Positions 1 through 8,198 of a stretch of 64,000 nucleotides of DNA are shown here, piece by piece (positions within the stretch are counted from its first letter, which is position 1; each line of letters opens with the position of its first letter). Made by a program: the position numbers and the translations under genes. The notes below the pieces were generated by a model, which was given only the letters and a program-made list of their open reading frames with translations, did not search any database and was not told where the DNA came from. Origin of the DNA: Anaerolineales bacterium (GTDB lineage: Bacteria > Chloroflexota > Anaerolineae > Anaerolineales > E44-bin32); assembly GCA_035455265.1 (NCBI GenBank), contig DATIFK010000002.1:3436-67435 (forward strand), written 5' to 3'.

Positions 1-1
1 C

Positions 2-736
2 ACTCCGGCGCTCGTCCTCGAGCCCCCCGATTTCGTTCCCAGCCCGACCCCGACCCTCCTGGCGCTTCCTCTCCCTTCCGAGAAGCTCATCATCGAGGCC
101 CCCGGGCCGGGATCGCAGACAGGGAGCCCGATTCGAGTCGTCGGCTGGGGCGGTCCCAGCTACGGCGATCGGATTCGCATTCGCCTGATCCGCGAGGACG
201 GCGAGCTCCTGGCGCAACTTCACACGTGGATCCTGGCGCCCACGGGCCGCGCCGGCCGATTCGTCGTCGATGTGCCGTTTCGCTTTTCGTCCGTGGCGGA
301 AGCGGCCCTGATCGAAGCCAGCTACGACAACCTGCTGACCGGTCGCCTCGACCACCTGACGACCCGCCGGGTGGTGCTGCTCACCACCGGCCGTCCCCTG
401 ATCCATCCCTATCTGGTCGCGGCAGAGAAGCTGACCATCCTTTCGCCGTACGAGGGGCGCATCATCGAGGGGGGCTCGATCCAGATTCGCGGCGCAGCCT
501 GGCTCGACGAAGATCTCCCGCTGCTCGTCGAGCTCATCGATCAGCCGGGCAACGTCCTGGCTTCGGCCGAGGTCACGGTGGCAGCGCCGGCCTTGGGGCA
601 GTTGGGGACGTTTGACGTCACGCTTCCGTACACCGTCGCCGAGAACCAGTATGCCTGGCTGGCGATCACCGAGCGCGGGACCAATCCCCCCATGGTCATG
701 CACTACACGAGCGTGCGGGTGTACCTCAAGCCGTAG
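2..736 (+). CDS. Gmad2/GerM-type immunoglobulin-like repeat protein, C-terminal part (5' end outside window)
   Basis: The frame is open from the window edge to TAG 734-736. It contains two tandem beta-rich modules (LIIEAPGPGSQTGSPIRVVGWG... and LTILSPYEGRIIEGGSIQIRGAAW...) of the Gmad2 Ig-like type. Third codon positions are G/C-rich. Confidence 0.55.
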   Translation, partial: TPALVLEPPDFVPSPTPTLLALPLPSEKLIIEAPGPGSQTGSPIRVVGWGGPSYGDRIRIRLIREDGELLAQLHTWILAPTGRAGRFVVDVPFRFSSVAEAALIEASYDNLLTGRLDHLTTRRVVLLTTGRPLIHPYLVAAEKLTILSPYEGRIIEGGSIQIRGAAWLDEDLPLLVELIDQPGNVLASAEVTVAAPALGQLGTFDVTLPYTVAENQYAWLAITERGTNPPMVMHYTSVRVYLKP

Positions 737-739
737 AGG

Positions 740-820
740 CAGTTGCCAGTTCCCGGTTCCCAGTCGCCAGTCAGGCGCACGCGATGGACTGGGAACTGGA
801 GACTGGAAACTGTCGACTGG
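740..820. repeat. Heptanucleotide tandem-repeat hairpin (STRR-like)
   Basis: The left arm reads CAGTTGC CAGTTCC CGGTTCC CAGTCGC CAGTCAG. After a loop of about 10 nt the inverted arm reads GACTGG GAACTGG AGACTGG AAACTGT CGACTGG. It lies directly after the stop at 736. Confidence 0.85.
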
Positions 821-826
821 TATAAT
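818..826 (+). promoter_or_regulatory. Putative extended -10 element TGGTATAAT, 10 nt upstream of the VanW ATG
   Basis: TGGTATAAT at 818-826 and ATG at 837, with no Shine-Dalgarno in between. Confidence 0.35.
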
Positions 827-836
827 CCCCGCCCCG

Positions 837-2696
837 ATGGACCTTACTCACGCGCCGTCGCGATCTCCTCTCGACGCACCCACCATCGCCCTCCGGCTTC
901 TGGTCGCCAGCCTGATCGCGGCGCTGGCGTTCTTCGTCGCCATCGTTGGTTTCGTGGCCGTCACGCGCCTGGCCTTCATGGGGCGCGCCCTGCCCGGCGT
1001 GAGCGTCGCCGAGGCCGCCGTGGGAGGCCGCCCGCGCCCTGAGATCGAGGCGCTGCTGGGCCAGACGCTGACCTACCCTCAGACGGGACGGATCGTCCTG
1101 CGCGACGGCGCGCAGGTGTGGACGGCCACGCCGGCCGAGCTGGGCGCGGTTCTCGACATTCCATCCATGGCCGGCGAAGCGCTGTCGGTCGGCCGGCGCG
1201 GCGCCTTCCCGCAGCGTCTGAACGAGCAGCTCGACTCGTGGTTCCGCGGCGAGACGCTCTCACCGATCCTGGTCGTCGACCAGCGCGTGGCCGCCTCCTA
1301 CCTGGCGGAAGTGGCGCGCCGGATCGACCAGCCCCAGATCGAAGCCAGTTTGTCGGTCCATGGATTGGACGTCGAGGTCCAACCCGGCCAGATCGGGCGC
1401 CAGCTCGACATGCCCGCGGCGATGGCGGCCGTCTCCGCGGCGCTGTCGACGCTCCACGACGCCAGCATCGCCCTGCCGGTGCGCGAGACGCCCCCGCAGA
1501 TTCTCGATGTCACGCAGCAGGCGGCCGTGGCGCGGGCGATCCTCAGTCAGCCGCTGACCCTGACGGCCGAGGGCGCCGGGCCGTGGGTCTTCGACGCTCC
1601 CGCCCTGGCTCAGATGATGCGCTTCAACCGCGTCAGCGACAACCAGGGCACCCGCTACGTCGTCGGGTTGGACCCGGTCGCCCTGATGAACTTCTTCGCC
1701 CCGCTGGCGCCTGAGCTCGAACGCGGCCCTCAGAACGCGCGCTTCATCTTCAACGACGACACGCGCCAGCTCGATTTGCTCCAACCGGCGGTGATCGGCC
1801 GCAGCCTGGATGTGGAAGCCACCCTCGAGTCCATCGACGCCGGCCTGGCCTCCGGACAGCACACGCTGGCGCTCGTCTTCGACACCACCCCGCCGGCCGT
1901 CGGCGACACCGCCACAGCCGCGGAACTGGGCATCACCGAGAACGTCTTGATGGCTTCCTACGGCATCCAGGGAGCCTCGACCTACTTCTACGGATCCAGC
2001 TCGGAACGAATCCAGAACATCACGACCGCCGCGGCCGCCTTCCACGGCCTGCTCGTCGCCCCGGGCGAGACGTTCTCCATGGCCGACCACCTCGGCGACA
2101 TCAGCCTCGACAACGGCTACGCCGAAGCCCTGATCATCATGGGCAATCGCACGATCAAGGGCGTCGGCGGCGGAGTCTGCCAGGTCAGCACGACCCTGTT
2201 CCGGGCTGTGTTCTTCGGCGGCTACCCCATCGTCGAGCGCCACCCGCACGCCTACCGCGTCGGCTACTACGAGCAGGGCACCGGGTCGCCCGGGCCCGGC
2301 CTCGACGCCACGGTCTTCGTCCCCCTGGTCGATTTCAAGTTCACCAACGACACGCCCTACTGGCTGCTGATGGAGACCTATATCTACGGCAACCAGCTGC
2401 TGTGGAAGTTCTACTCGACCTCCGACGGCCGCACCGTCGACTGGAGCAGCGATCGGTCGAACAAGGTCGACGCCCCCGACGACCTGTACCGCGAGAACGA
2501 GGACCTGCCCAAGGGGAAGATCGTCCAGGTCGACTACCACGCCGACGGTCTCGACGTCGTCGTCGTACGCACCGTTCAGCGCGGCGGCGAGACTCTCTAC
2601 CAGGATCGCATCAAGACGCACTACCTGCCCTGGCGGGCGATCTACGAGTACGGGCCCGGCACCGAGCTGCCGAAGGGCGCCCACAAAGAAGATTAG
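837..2696 (+). CDS. VanW family protein with N-terminal membrane anchor
   Basis: VanW-core motif GGGVCQVSTTLFRAVFFGGYPIVERHPHAYRVGYYE. There is an N-terminal TM helix (LLVASLIAALAFFVAIVGFVAV). ATG 837 is chosen because the longer ORF (from 612) reads through the repeat hairpin. Confidence 0.8.
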   Translation: MDLTHAPSRSPLDAPTIALRLLVASLIAALAFFVAIVGFVAVTRLAFMGRALPGVSVAEAAVGGRPRPEIEALLGQTLTYPQTGRIVLRDGAQVWTATPAELGAVLDIPSMAGEALSVGRRGAFPQRLNEQLDSWFRGETLSPILVVDQRVAASYLAEVARRIDQPQIEASLSVHGLDVEVQPGQIGRQLDMPAAMAAVSAALSTLHDASIALPVRETPPQILDVTQQAAVARAILSQPLTLTAEGAGPWVFDAPALAQMMRFNRVSDNQGTRYVVGLDPVALMNFFAPLAPELERGPQNARFIFNDDTRQLDLLQPAVIGRSLDVEATLESIDAGLASGQHTLALVFDTTPPAVGDTATAAELGITENVLMASYGIQGASTYFYGSSSERIQNITTAAAAFHGLLVAPGETFSMADHLGDISLDNGYAEALIIMGNRTIKGVGGGVCQVSTTLFRAVFFGGYPIVERHPHAYRVGYYEQGTGSPGPGLDATVFVPLVDFKFTNDTPYWLLMETYIYGNQLLWKFYSTSDGRTVDWSSDRSNKVDAPDDLYRENEDLPKGKIVQVDYHADGLDVVVVRTVQRGGETLYQDRIKTHYLPWRAIYEYGPGTELPKGAHKED

Positions 2697-2732
2697 CCGC
2701 GTGGGGGCCGTCCGCCCGCCGCACCACCGCGA

Positions 2733-2741
2733 TGGTAGAAT
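2733..2741 (+). promoter_or_regulatory. Putative extended -10 element TGGTAGAAT
   Basis: TGGTAGAAT lies 21 nt upstream of ATG 2763. Confidence 0.4.
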
Positions 2742-2762
2742 GCAGCACCGCGGAGCGCCGTC

Positions 2763-2987
2763 ATGATCAGCCCCGACCTGCTGGAAATCCTGCGCTGCCC
2801 GCATTGCGTGCGCGACAAAGAAGGCAAGCTCGTCCTCGTCCGGGACGCCTGGCTGGTCTGCCAGGAGCCGGACTGCCGCCGCAAGTACCCCATCCGCGAC
2901 GACATCCCCGTGATGTTGATCGACGAAGGGACGAAGTGGATCGGCGTTTCCGAGAAAGATCTGCCGGTCCCGCCCCCGGGAGATTGA
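2763..2987 (+). CDS. Trm112 family small zinc-ribbon protein
   Basis: 74 aa. It has [10 protein letters not shown]...L.C....[15 protein letters not shown], the typical Trm112/DUF343 signature. Confidence 0.8.
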   Translation: MISPDLLEILRCPHCVRDKEGKLVLVRDAWLVCQEPDCRRKYPIRDDIPVMLIDEGTKWIGVSEKDLPVPPPGD

Positions 2988-3574
2988 CTCCGTCCGTGGC
3001 CGACCTGCCAGGCACGATCGCCGAACTGCTCTCCGGCGACGAGCGTCTGGCCGAGGCGGCCGCCGCCTGCCTGCCATCTCTCGGAACCGAGGCGCTTCCC
3101 CGTCTGCTGGAGCTCGTGACGTCGCGCGAACCCGATGTTCGCTGGTGGGCGACCCGCGCTCTGGCCGGGTTCAGCCACGCCGCCGCCGCCCAGGCCATCC
3201 TGGCACGCCTGGACGACCCGGAAGCCTCCGTCCGGCAATGCGCCGCCGTCGCCCTGCGTGGGCGCACCTCCGCCGAATCTCTTCCGGCTCTGGCCAAGGC
3301 GCTCGACGACCAGGATGCCCTGGTGGCCCGCCTGGCGGCCGACGCGCTGGCGAGCGCGGGCGCAGCCGCCATCCCCCACCTCGAGGCGGCCCTGCAATCC
3401 AGCGCGCGCCGCGCCCGGCTCGAGGCCGCCCGAGCTCTGTCCAGCCTGCACGACCCTAGGGCAATCCCCGCCCTGTACGCGGCTCTCAACGATCCATCGG
3501 CCATCGTCCAGCATTGGGCCGAGCAGGGGCTCGAGGCGCTGGGCCAGGGGATGGTTTACTTCTCGCCGGGGTAG
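2984..3574 (+). CDS. HEAT-repeat protein
   Basis: Repeated units of the form D..VR..A..AL ([60 protein letters not shown]). The start is uncertain: TTG 2984 overlaps the Trm112 stop and GTG 2996 is the alternative. Confidence 0.6.
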   Translation: MTPSVADLPGTIAELLSGDERLAEAAAACLPSLGTEALPRLLELVTSREPDVRWWATRALAGFSHAAAAQAILARLDDPEASVRQCAAVALRGRTSAESLPALAKALDDQDALVARLAADALASAGAAAIPHLEAALQSSARRARLEAARALSSLHDPRAIPALYAALNDPSAIVQHWAEQGLEALGQGMVYFSPG

Positions 3575-3577
3575 ACC

Positions 3578-5347
3578 TTACAACCCGGCCTGTGCCAGAA
3601 TCCTCTCCAGCGCCGCGATCGTCACCGGATGGTGGCGTGAGCGCCATCGCTCCAGCATCGGTCGCGCCACGGGACGCGACCAGTCTTCCTGGGCCAAGGC
3701 GCGAAACACCGGCTCGTGAAACGAAAGGCGGCCCACCCGGGCGAAGTACGCCTCGTAGGCCGGCAGCGCCTCGCGGTAGCCGCTGCGAACAGCCAGCTCG
3801 CTGAAACGAGTCAACAGCTCGCCGTCCCGCGTGCCACGAACCCGCAGCAGCTCCTCGAAGAACGCACAGTCGGCAGCCGGGATCTTCGGCAACAGACATC
3901 CGAGAAAGACGACCTTCTGCAGCCTCGTCCATGCCGCGACGCGTTGGGCGGACGGGCGAGTCCCCCGGCGGTAGGCCTCGGCCGCGGCCACGACCTCGTC
4001 GCGCATCGAGGACGGCACCTCGCCAGCTCTTTCTGGAAGGCCGGGCTGGTAGATCCAACGGCGGGCATCGATGGCGCGGGCGGCGTCCGGCAACTGTTCC
4101 TCCAGGTACTGCAGGAACTGCTGCGACGTGATCGACCGGAACCGGAAAGCATCCAGGTAGCCCTTCAAGAATCCGTCGAAGCGTTCGCGCCCGACAGCCA
4201 GTTCCAGGCTGCGGAAGAAGAGCATGCCCTTGTAGTAAGCGACATCCGAATAGGACTCATCGGGGTCCTTGCCGGCCAGGGGCAGGTTCAGGCAGGTCAT
4301 TGGAGAATCGGGCCCCAGCCGGTCGAGGGTGCGCATCAGACGCTGCACGCGGCCGGCGGTCCGCAGGCGAGAGCTCTCCACACCCTCGAGGACCTCCGAG
4401 ATGCGGCTCTCGGCGTACGTCGTCGGTCCCTCGTTGAGCCAGAAGTCCTCCCAGGTGGCGTTGGTCACCAGGTTTCCGGTCCAGGCATGCGCCAGCTCGT
4501 GGGCGATCAGCCACACGCCCGAGCGGTCGCCGGCCACGTAGGCGCCGTTGAGGAACGTCAGGCGCGGGTTCTCCATGCCGCCGTAGGGGAAGATCGAAGG
4601 CAAGATCAAGAGATCATAGCGGTCCCACAGATAGGGCCCGAAGAGCTTCTCGGCCTCCGTCACGCGGGCCTCGTTCTCGGCAAACTCCCATGCCGCCGCA
4701 TCGAGGATCTCCGGCTCGGCGTAGACGCCTGTCCGCGGGCCGAGAGCTCGAAAGTCGAGGCGCCCGACGGCAAAGGCCAGCAGGTAGGAGGGGATCGGCT
4801 GCGGCATGGCGAATCGGAACACGCTTACCCCGTCTCGCGGCTCGGCGCCCAAGGAGGCTGCCGCCATGACCGCCGTCAGGGGCGCCGGAGCCTCGATTTC
4901 CGCCTGGAAGGTGAACCGGATCGAGGGCGAATCCTGGCAAGGAAGAAGGCTGCGGGCATAGGCCGATTCGCATTGCGTGTAGAGGAACGGATGCACACCA
5001 CCGACCGTCTGGGCGGGTTCCAGCCATTGGAGCGCCATCGCGCCCGGGCTGGTCGTCACCTCGATCGAGAACTCCTGGACGCGGCGCAGGTCGTGCAGGT
5101 GCAGACGTTGGCCGAGGTGGGTCTCCTCACGATCGAGCGTCCAGCGGAGTTCCTGCTCGTTCGCTCGCACGCTCTGGATCTTCAGATCGCGCCCATCCAG
5201 AAACAAAGATCCTTCCACCGGGCGGTCGAGCGCGTAGTCCGCGTGGACCTGTACCGTCCGCGAGGCGAAATCAGGCCGGAGGCGGAGGTCCATCCGCGTG
5301 ATGCGCCCCTGGGAAGGATCGGAGAAGGAGTGAGGATCGTCAGCCAT
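3578..5347 (-). CDS. M1-family zinc aminopeptidase (leukotriene A4 hydrolase-like)
   Basis: Zinc motif HELAHAWTGN followed by WLNEGPTTY, with exopeptidase motif GGMEN upstream. The C-terminal helical domain is of leukotriene-A4-hydrolase type. Confidence 0.85.
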   Translation of the reverse strand: MADDPHSFSDPSQGRITRMDLRLRPDFASRTVQVHADYALDRPVEGSLFLDGRDLKIQSVRANEQELRWTLDREETHLGQRLHLHDLRRVQEFSIEVTTSPGAMALQWLEPAQTVGGVHPFLYTQCESAYARSLLPCQDSPSIRFTFQAEIEAPAPLTAVMAAASLGAEPRDGVSVFRFAMPQPIPSYLLAFAVGRLDFRALGPRTGVYAEPEILDAAAWEFAENEARVTEAEKLFGPYLWDRYDLLILPSIFPYGGMENPRLTFLNGAYVAGDRSGVWLIAHELAHAWTGNLVTNATWEDFWLNEGPTTYAESRISEVLEGVESSRLRTAGRVQRLMRTLDRLGPDSPMTCLNLPLAGKDPDESYSDVAYYKGMLFFRSLELAVGRERFDGFLKGYLDAFRFRSITSQQFLQYLEEQLPDAARAIDARRWIYQPGLPERAGEVPSSMRDEVVAAAEAYRRGTRPSAQRVAAWTRLQKVVFLGCLLPKIPAADCAFFEELLRVRGTRDGELLTRFSELAVRSGYREALPAYEAYFARVGRLSFHEPVFRALAQEDWSRPVARPMLERWRSRHHPVTIAALERILAQAGL

Positions 5348-5406
5348 CGTCGCTCGGCTGTCAGCTATCGGCCGTCAGCTCTTTGGAGTCCGGTGCCAAT
5401 GGTCGC

Positions 5407-5895
5407 TTATTTCAGCACAACCCATGCCCCCCAAGCGGCGGCCATGACAACGGCCAGCCCCAGCTTGACTCCCACCGACGCTCCGCAGCCGAGGGCCATC
5501 CCCACGGCGCTGCGGCCTGCCTGGCGGGCGTCGCGCAGACGCAGGTATTCGGCCAGGAACGTCCCGGCCAGCAGACCGACGAGGGCCCCGACGACCGAGA
5601 AGAAAACCAGGCCGATGAGACCCATCACCAGGCCTCCGAGAATTGCCCAGCCGGAGGCGCCGCCCAGGCGGGCGCCGGCCGAGCTGACCCACACCTCCGC
5701 CACCAAGCCGCCCAGCGCCGCGAGCGTCATCAGCCCGAACAGCCAGGGCCCCCACGCTCCCCAACCGACGACGACCCCATACACCAGACCGGCGACCCAC
5801 ATCATGACGAGATCGGGCAGGGCCGGCACGACGGCGCCGATGACTCCAATCACCATGACGACGCCGATGATGAGGGTGACGACGTCCGGTGTCAC
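5407..5895 (-). CDS. DUF456-type small integral membrane protein
   Basis: 162 aa, four or five Gly/Ala/Val-rich TM helices. The GTG start overlaps the serS stop (GTGA). Confidence 0.6.
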   Translation of the reverse strand: MTPDVVTLIIGVVMVIGVIGAVVPALPDLVMMWVAGLVYGVVVGWGAWGPWLFGLMTLAALGGLVAEVWVSSAGARLGGASGWAILGGLVMGLIGLVFFSVVGALVGLLAGTFLAEYLRLRDARQAGRSAVGMALGCGASVGVKLGLAVVMAAAWGAWVVLK

Positions 5896-7172
5896 GCCTC
5901 ACCCTCCGGCTGGAGAACTGCGACACCACCCATCCACGGGCCGAGCACCTCAGGGACGATGACGCTTCCGTCGGCCTGCTGGTAGTTCTCGAGAACAGCG
6001 ATCAACGTCCGCGGCAAGGCCAGCCCGGATCCGTTGAGGGTGTGCACCGGAGTCGGTCGAGCCCCTTCCCTGGCGCGGTAGCGGATGTTGGCACGCCGCG
6101 CCTGGAAATCGCCGCAGTTCGACACCGATGACACCTCCAGCCATTCCTCCACGCCCGGCGCCCAGACCTCGACGTCGTAGGTCTTGCGCGCGGCGAAGCC
6201 CAGGTCGCCGGTGCACAGCAGCTTCACGCGGTGCGACAGGCCCAGGCCGAGGCACACCGCTTCGGCCTCGGCGAGCATCCGGTCGAGCTCTTCATCCGAC
6301 GACTCCGGCCGGCAGAAGACGTACATCTCGACCTTGTCGAACTGGTGGCCGCGCTTGATGCCGCGCACATCGCGCCCGGCCGACATCTTCTCCCGCCGGA
6401 AGCACGGCGTATAGGCGGCGTAGCGCCGCGGCAGGGACTCGGCCTCGAGGATCTCGTCCATGTGCAGGCCGGTCAACGGCACCTCGGCGGTCGGCACCAG
6501 CCACAAGTCTTCCTCGTGATCGCGGTAGAGGTTGTCCTCGAACTTGGGCAGTTGGCCGGCGGCGAACAGCGTCTGGCTGCGCACCAGAAACGGCGGATAC
6601 TTCTCGAGGTAGCCGGCCCGGGTGTGCAGGTCCAGCATCCAGGAAATCAGCGCCCGCTGCAACCGCGCCCCGGCCCCGCTCAGGACGTAGAAGCGCGAGC
6701 CGGTGATCTTGACGCCGCGCTCGAAATCCAGAATCCCCAGCGACGTCCCCAGGTCCCAATGCGGCCGGGGCTTGAAGTCGAAAGGCTTCGGTTCCCCTAC
6801 CGTCCGCACGACCACGTTGGCGGTTTCGTCCGGTCCGTCGGGCACGTCGGCCGCCGGCAGGTTGGGGATCGTCGCCAGGCGCTGCTGCAGGTCTTGCTCC
6901 ACCTGATGCACTTCCCGGTCCAGCGCTTCGATGCGTTCGCCGATGGAACGCATCGCCTCGATGCGCTCCTGGCGCGCCGCCGCCTCCGTCATTCGTCCGA
7001 TTTCCTTGGAGACCCGGTTGCGTTCCGCCTTGAGGGTTTCGACCTCACTCAAGCGTTGACGACGCCGCCCGTCGAGCTCGAGGATCTCGGCTACCGGCAC
7101 GGTGATCCCGCGGCGGCGCAACGACCGGTCGGCCTCATCGGCGTGATCGCGCAGGAACTGGATGTCGAGCAT
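5892..7172 (-). CDS. serS: Seryl-tRNA synthetase
   Basis: N-terminal coiled-coil arm ([10 protein letters not shown]...). Class II core motifs are present ([21 protein letters not shown], the TYDVEVW context, [18 protein letters not shown]). ATG 7172 follows GGAGG. Confidence 0.95.
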   Translation of the reverse strand: MLDIQFLRDHADEADRSLRRRGITVPVAEILELDGRRRQRLSEVETLKAERNRVSKEIGRMTEAAARQERIEAMRSIGERIEALDREVHQVEQDLQQRLATIPNLPAADVPDGPDETANVVVRTVGEPKPFDFKPRPHWDLGTSLGILDFERGVKITGSRFYVLSGAGARLQRALISWMLDLHTRAGYLEKYPPFLVRSQTLFAAGQLPKFEDNLYRDHEEDLWLVPTAEVPLTGLHMDEILEAESLPRRYAAYTPCFRREKMSAGRDVRGIKRGHQFDKVEMYVFCRPESSDEELDRMLAEAEAVCLGLGLSHRVKLLCTGDLGFAARKTYDVEVWAPGVEEWLEVSSVSNCGDFQARRANIRYRAREGARPTPVHTLNGSGLALPRTLIAVLENYQQADGSVIVPEVLGPWMGGVAVLQPEGEA

Positions 7173-7488
7173 CGTCGCCTCCGGTCGAATGCAACGCCCC
7201 CTCATCCGCAGGACGAGGGGGCGCCCGTGGTGCCACCTGCATTCGTCCTGACCCGGCGATGACGTTCGGGCTCAGGACCTCGTGCGCGCTAACGGGCGGA
7301 CCCGGCTCCCTTACGGCGATTTCGCCCCTGCGGGAGCGACGGACGGCCGACGGGGCCGCCTTTGGCGGAGGGGATGATCGCCGGTCCTCTCACCGCCTCA
7401 CACCACCCGGCGGCTCTCTGAGAGAGGCAGAGAGCGATCGTGTCTCCGCGCCTGCGTCGTTGCACGGCGCCTGGAGGCGCCTTCGCTT
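7173..7488 (-). promoter_or_regulatory. T-box riboswitch leader of serS
   Basis: On the minus strand there are an AG-bulge/distal-loop pair (CAGAGAGCCGCC GGGTGGTGTGA GGCGG) and the conserved T-box sequence AATGCAGGTGGCACCACGGG (plus coordinates 7224-7243). The antiterminator arms are CAGGACGA/TCGTCCTG, followed by the competing helix CGCCCCCTC/GAGGGGGCG. A TATAAT at 7500-7495 (minus) is the likely -10. Confidence 0.7.
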
Positions 7489-7519
7489 GAAGCGATTATA
7501 CGCGCGAGAATGGCCGTTC

Positions 7520-7594
7520 CCAGGCACCAGTTCCCAGTTCCGAGTTTCCAGTGACAACTCAACACTGGGGACTGGGAACTGGAAACTGGGAACC
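7520..7594. repeat. Heptanucleotide tandem-repeat hairpin (STRR-like)
   Basis: CCAGGCA CCAGTTC CCAGTTC CGAGTTT CCAGTG, a 9-nt loop, then CACTGGG GACTGGG AACTGGA AACTGGG AACC. It ends 3 nt from the marR-family stop. Confidence 0.85.
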
Positions 7595-7596
7595 TT

Positions 7597-8049
7597 CTAC
7601 GTGGCCTCCCGCATACCGGCCAGCAGTTGCTCGAGCAGCCGCAACAGTGTCGCCTGCTCGCTGGGGCTCAACCGGCGCAGGGCGCGGCGCCAGCGCAGAT
7701 CGAGCCGGCGCGGCACGGCCCGCAGCAGCGCCCGGCCGCGTGGCGTCAGGCGCACCGCCACGCGCCGCCGGTCCCCGGCCGACCGCCGGCGCACCACCCA
7801 GCCGCGTCGCACCAGCCGCTCGACGATGGCGGTCATCGTGGCCGCATCCTGCAGGCTGGCTTCCGCCAGCGCCTTCATCCCCACTTCACGCCGCGCCGTC
7901 GCCAGGTGGACCAGCGGAACGTACTGCGCCACCGTCAAATGGAACGGCTCCAGGTCGTCCGCCAGCTGTTGGCGCACTCTCCACCACACTTGGAGCGCCA
8001 GCGGCAGCAGCGACCGTCCCTGGCGCCCCGGCCAATTGATTCGCAACAT
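7597..8049 (-). CDS. MarR family transcriptional regulator
   Basis: 150 aa. The winged-HTH pattern is LTVAQYVPLVHLA...MKALAEASLQDAATMTAIVERLVRRGWVVRRRSAGDRRRVAVRLTPRG. Confidence 0.85.
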   Translation of the reverse strand: MLRINWPGRQGRSLLPLALQVWWRVRQQLADDLEPFHLTVAQYVPLVHLATARREVGMKALAEASLQDAATMTAIVERLVRRGWVVRRRSAGDRRRVAVRLTPRGRALLRAVPRRLDLRWRRALRRLSPSEQATLLRLLEQLLAGMREAT

Positions 8050-8064
8050 AGACTATTTATAGCA
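8050..8064 (-). promoter_or_regulatory. Putative extended -10 (TGCTATAAA) 6 nt upstream of the MarR ATG (leaderless geometry)
   Basis: The minus strand reads TGC TATAAA TAGTCT ATG (8064 down to 8047). Confidence 0.45.
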
Positions 8065-8091
8065 CGAACGATCTCGACGGCCCGGCCATGA

Positions 8092-8120
8092 TTGACAAGC
8101 CGCGGTCTGCACCGTATGCT
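8092..8120 (+). promoter_or_regulatory. Sigma-70-type promoter TTGACA-17 nt-TATGCT for the oxoamine synthase operon
   Basis: TTGACA at 8092-8097, an exact 17-nt spacer, and TATGCT at 8115-8120. It is divergent from the MarR gene. Confidence 0.55.
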
Positions 8121-8198
8121 TGCTTTGGGCGCGAATGGCGCGCCCGTCTCATCCAACCACCGCTCCATCTCCCATCGCCGCATCGGACGAGGACCGCT

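Noticed and set aside
740-820. The heptad repeat loci as CRISPR arrays.
   Set aside because: The units are only 7 nt, they are contiguous with no spacers, the two arms are inverted, and no cas genes are present.
612-836. N-terminal extensions of listed ORFs: 612-836 (VanW), 21413-21562 (nifJ), 45668-45988 (SBP), 42807-43343 (permease), 56873-57286 (amidase), 58473-58850 (DUF1684), 62012-63046 (Cys-rich protein) and 48454-48645 (DUF92).
   Set aside because: The extensions read through repeat hairpins or neighbouring genes and are low-complexity. They also lie upstream of internal starts that have ribosome-binding sites or give family-typical N termini.
1260-3077. Very long ORFs running antisense to, or out of frame with, recognisable genes. 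Examples are 1260-3077(-), 3716-5962(+), 7935-9485(-), 15655-17088(-), 18947-21454(+), 21676-23850(-), 34906-36528(-), 37502-38950(-), 44063-45802(+), 45965-47374(+) and 51352-52710(+).
   Set aside because: They are typical shadow ORFs of GC-rich DNA. Their translations are Arg/Pro/Gly/Ala-rich low-complexity strings with no motifs, and each overlaps a gene with clear family signatures on the other strand or frame.
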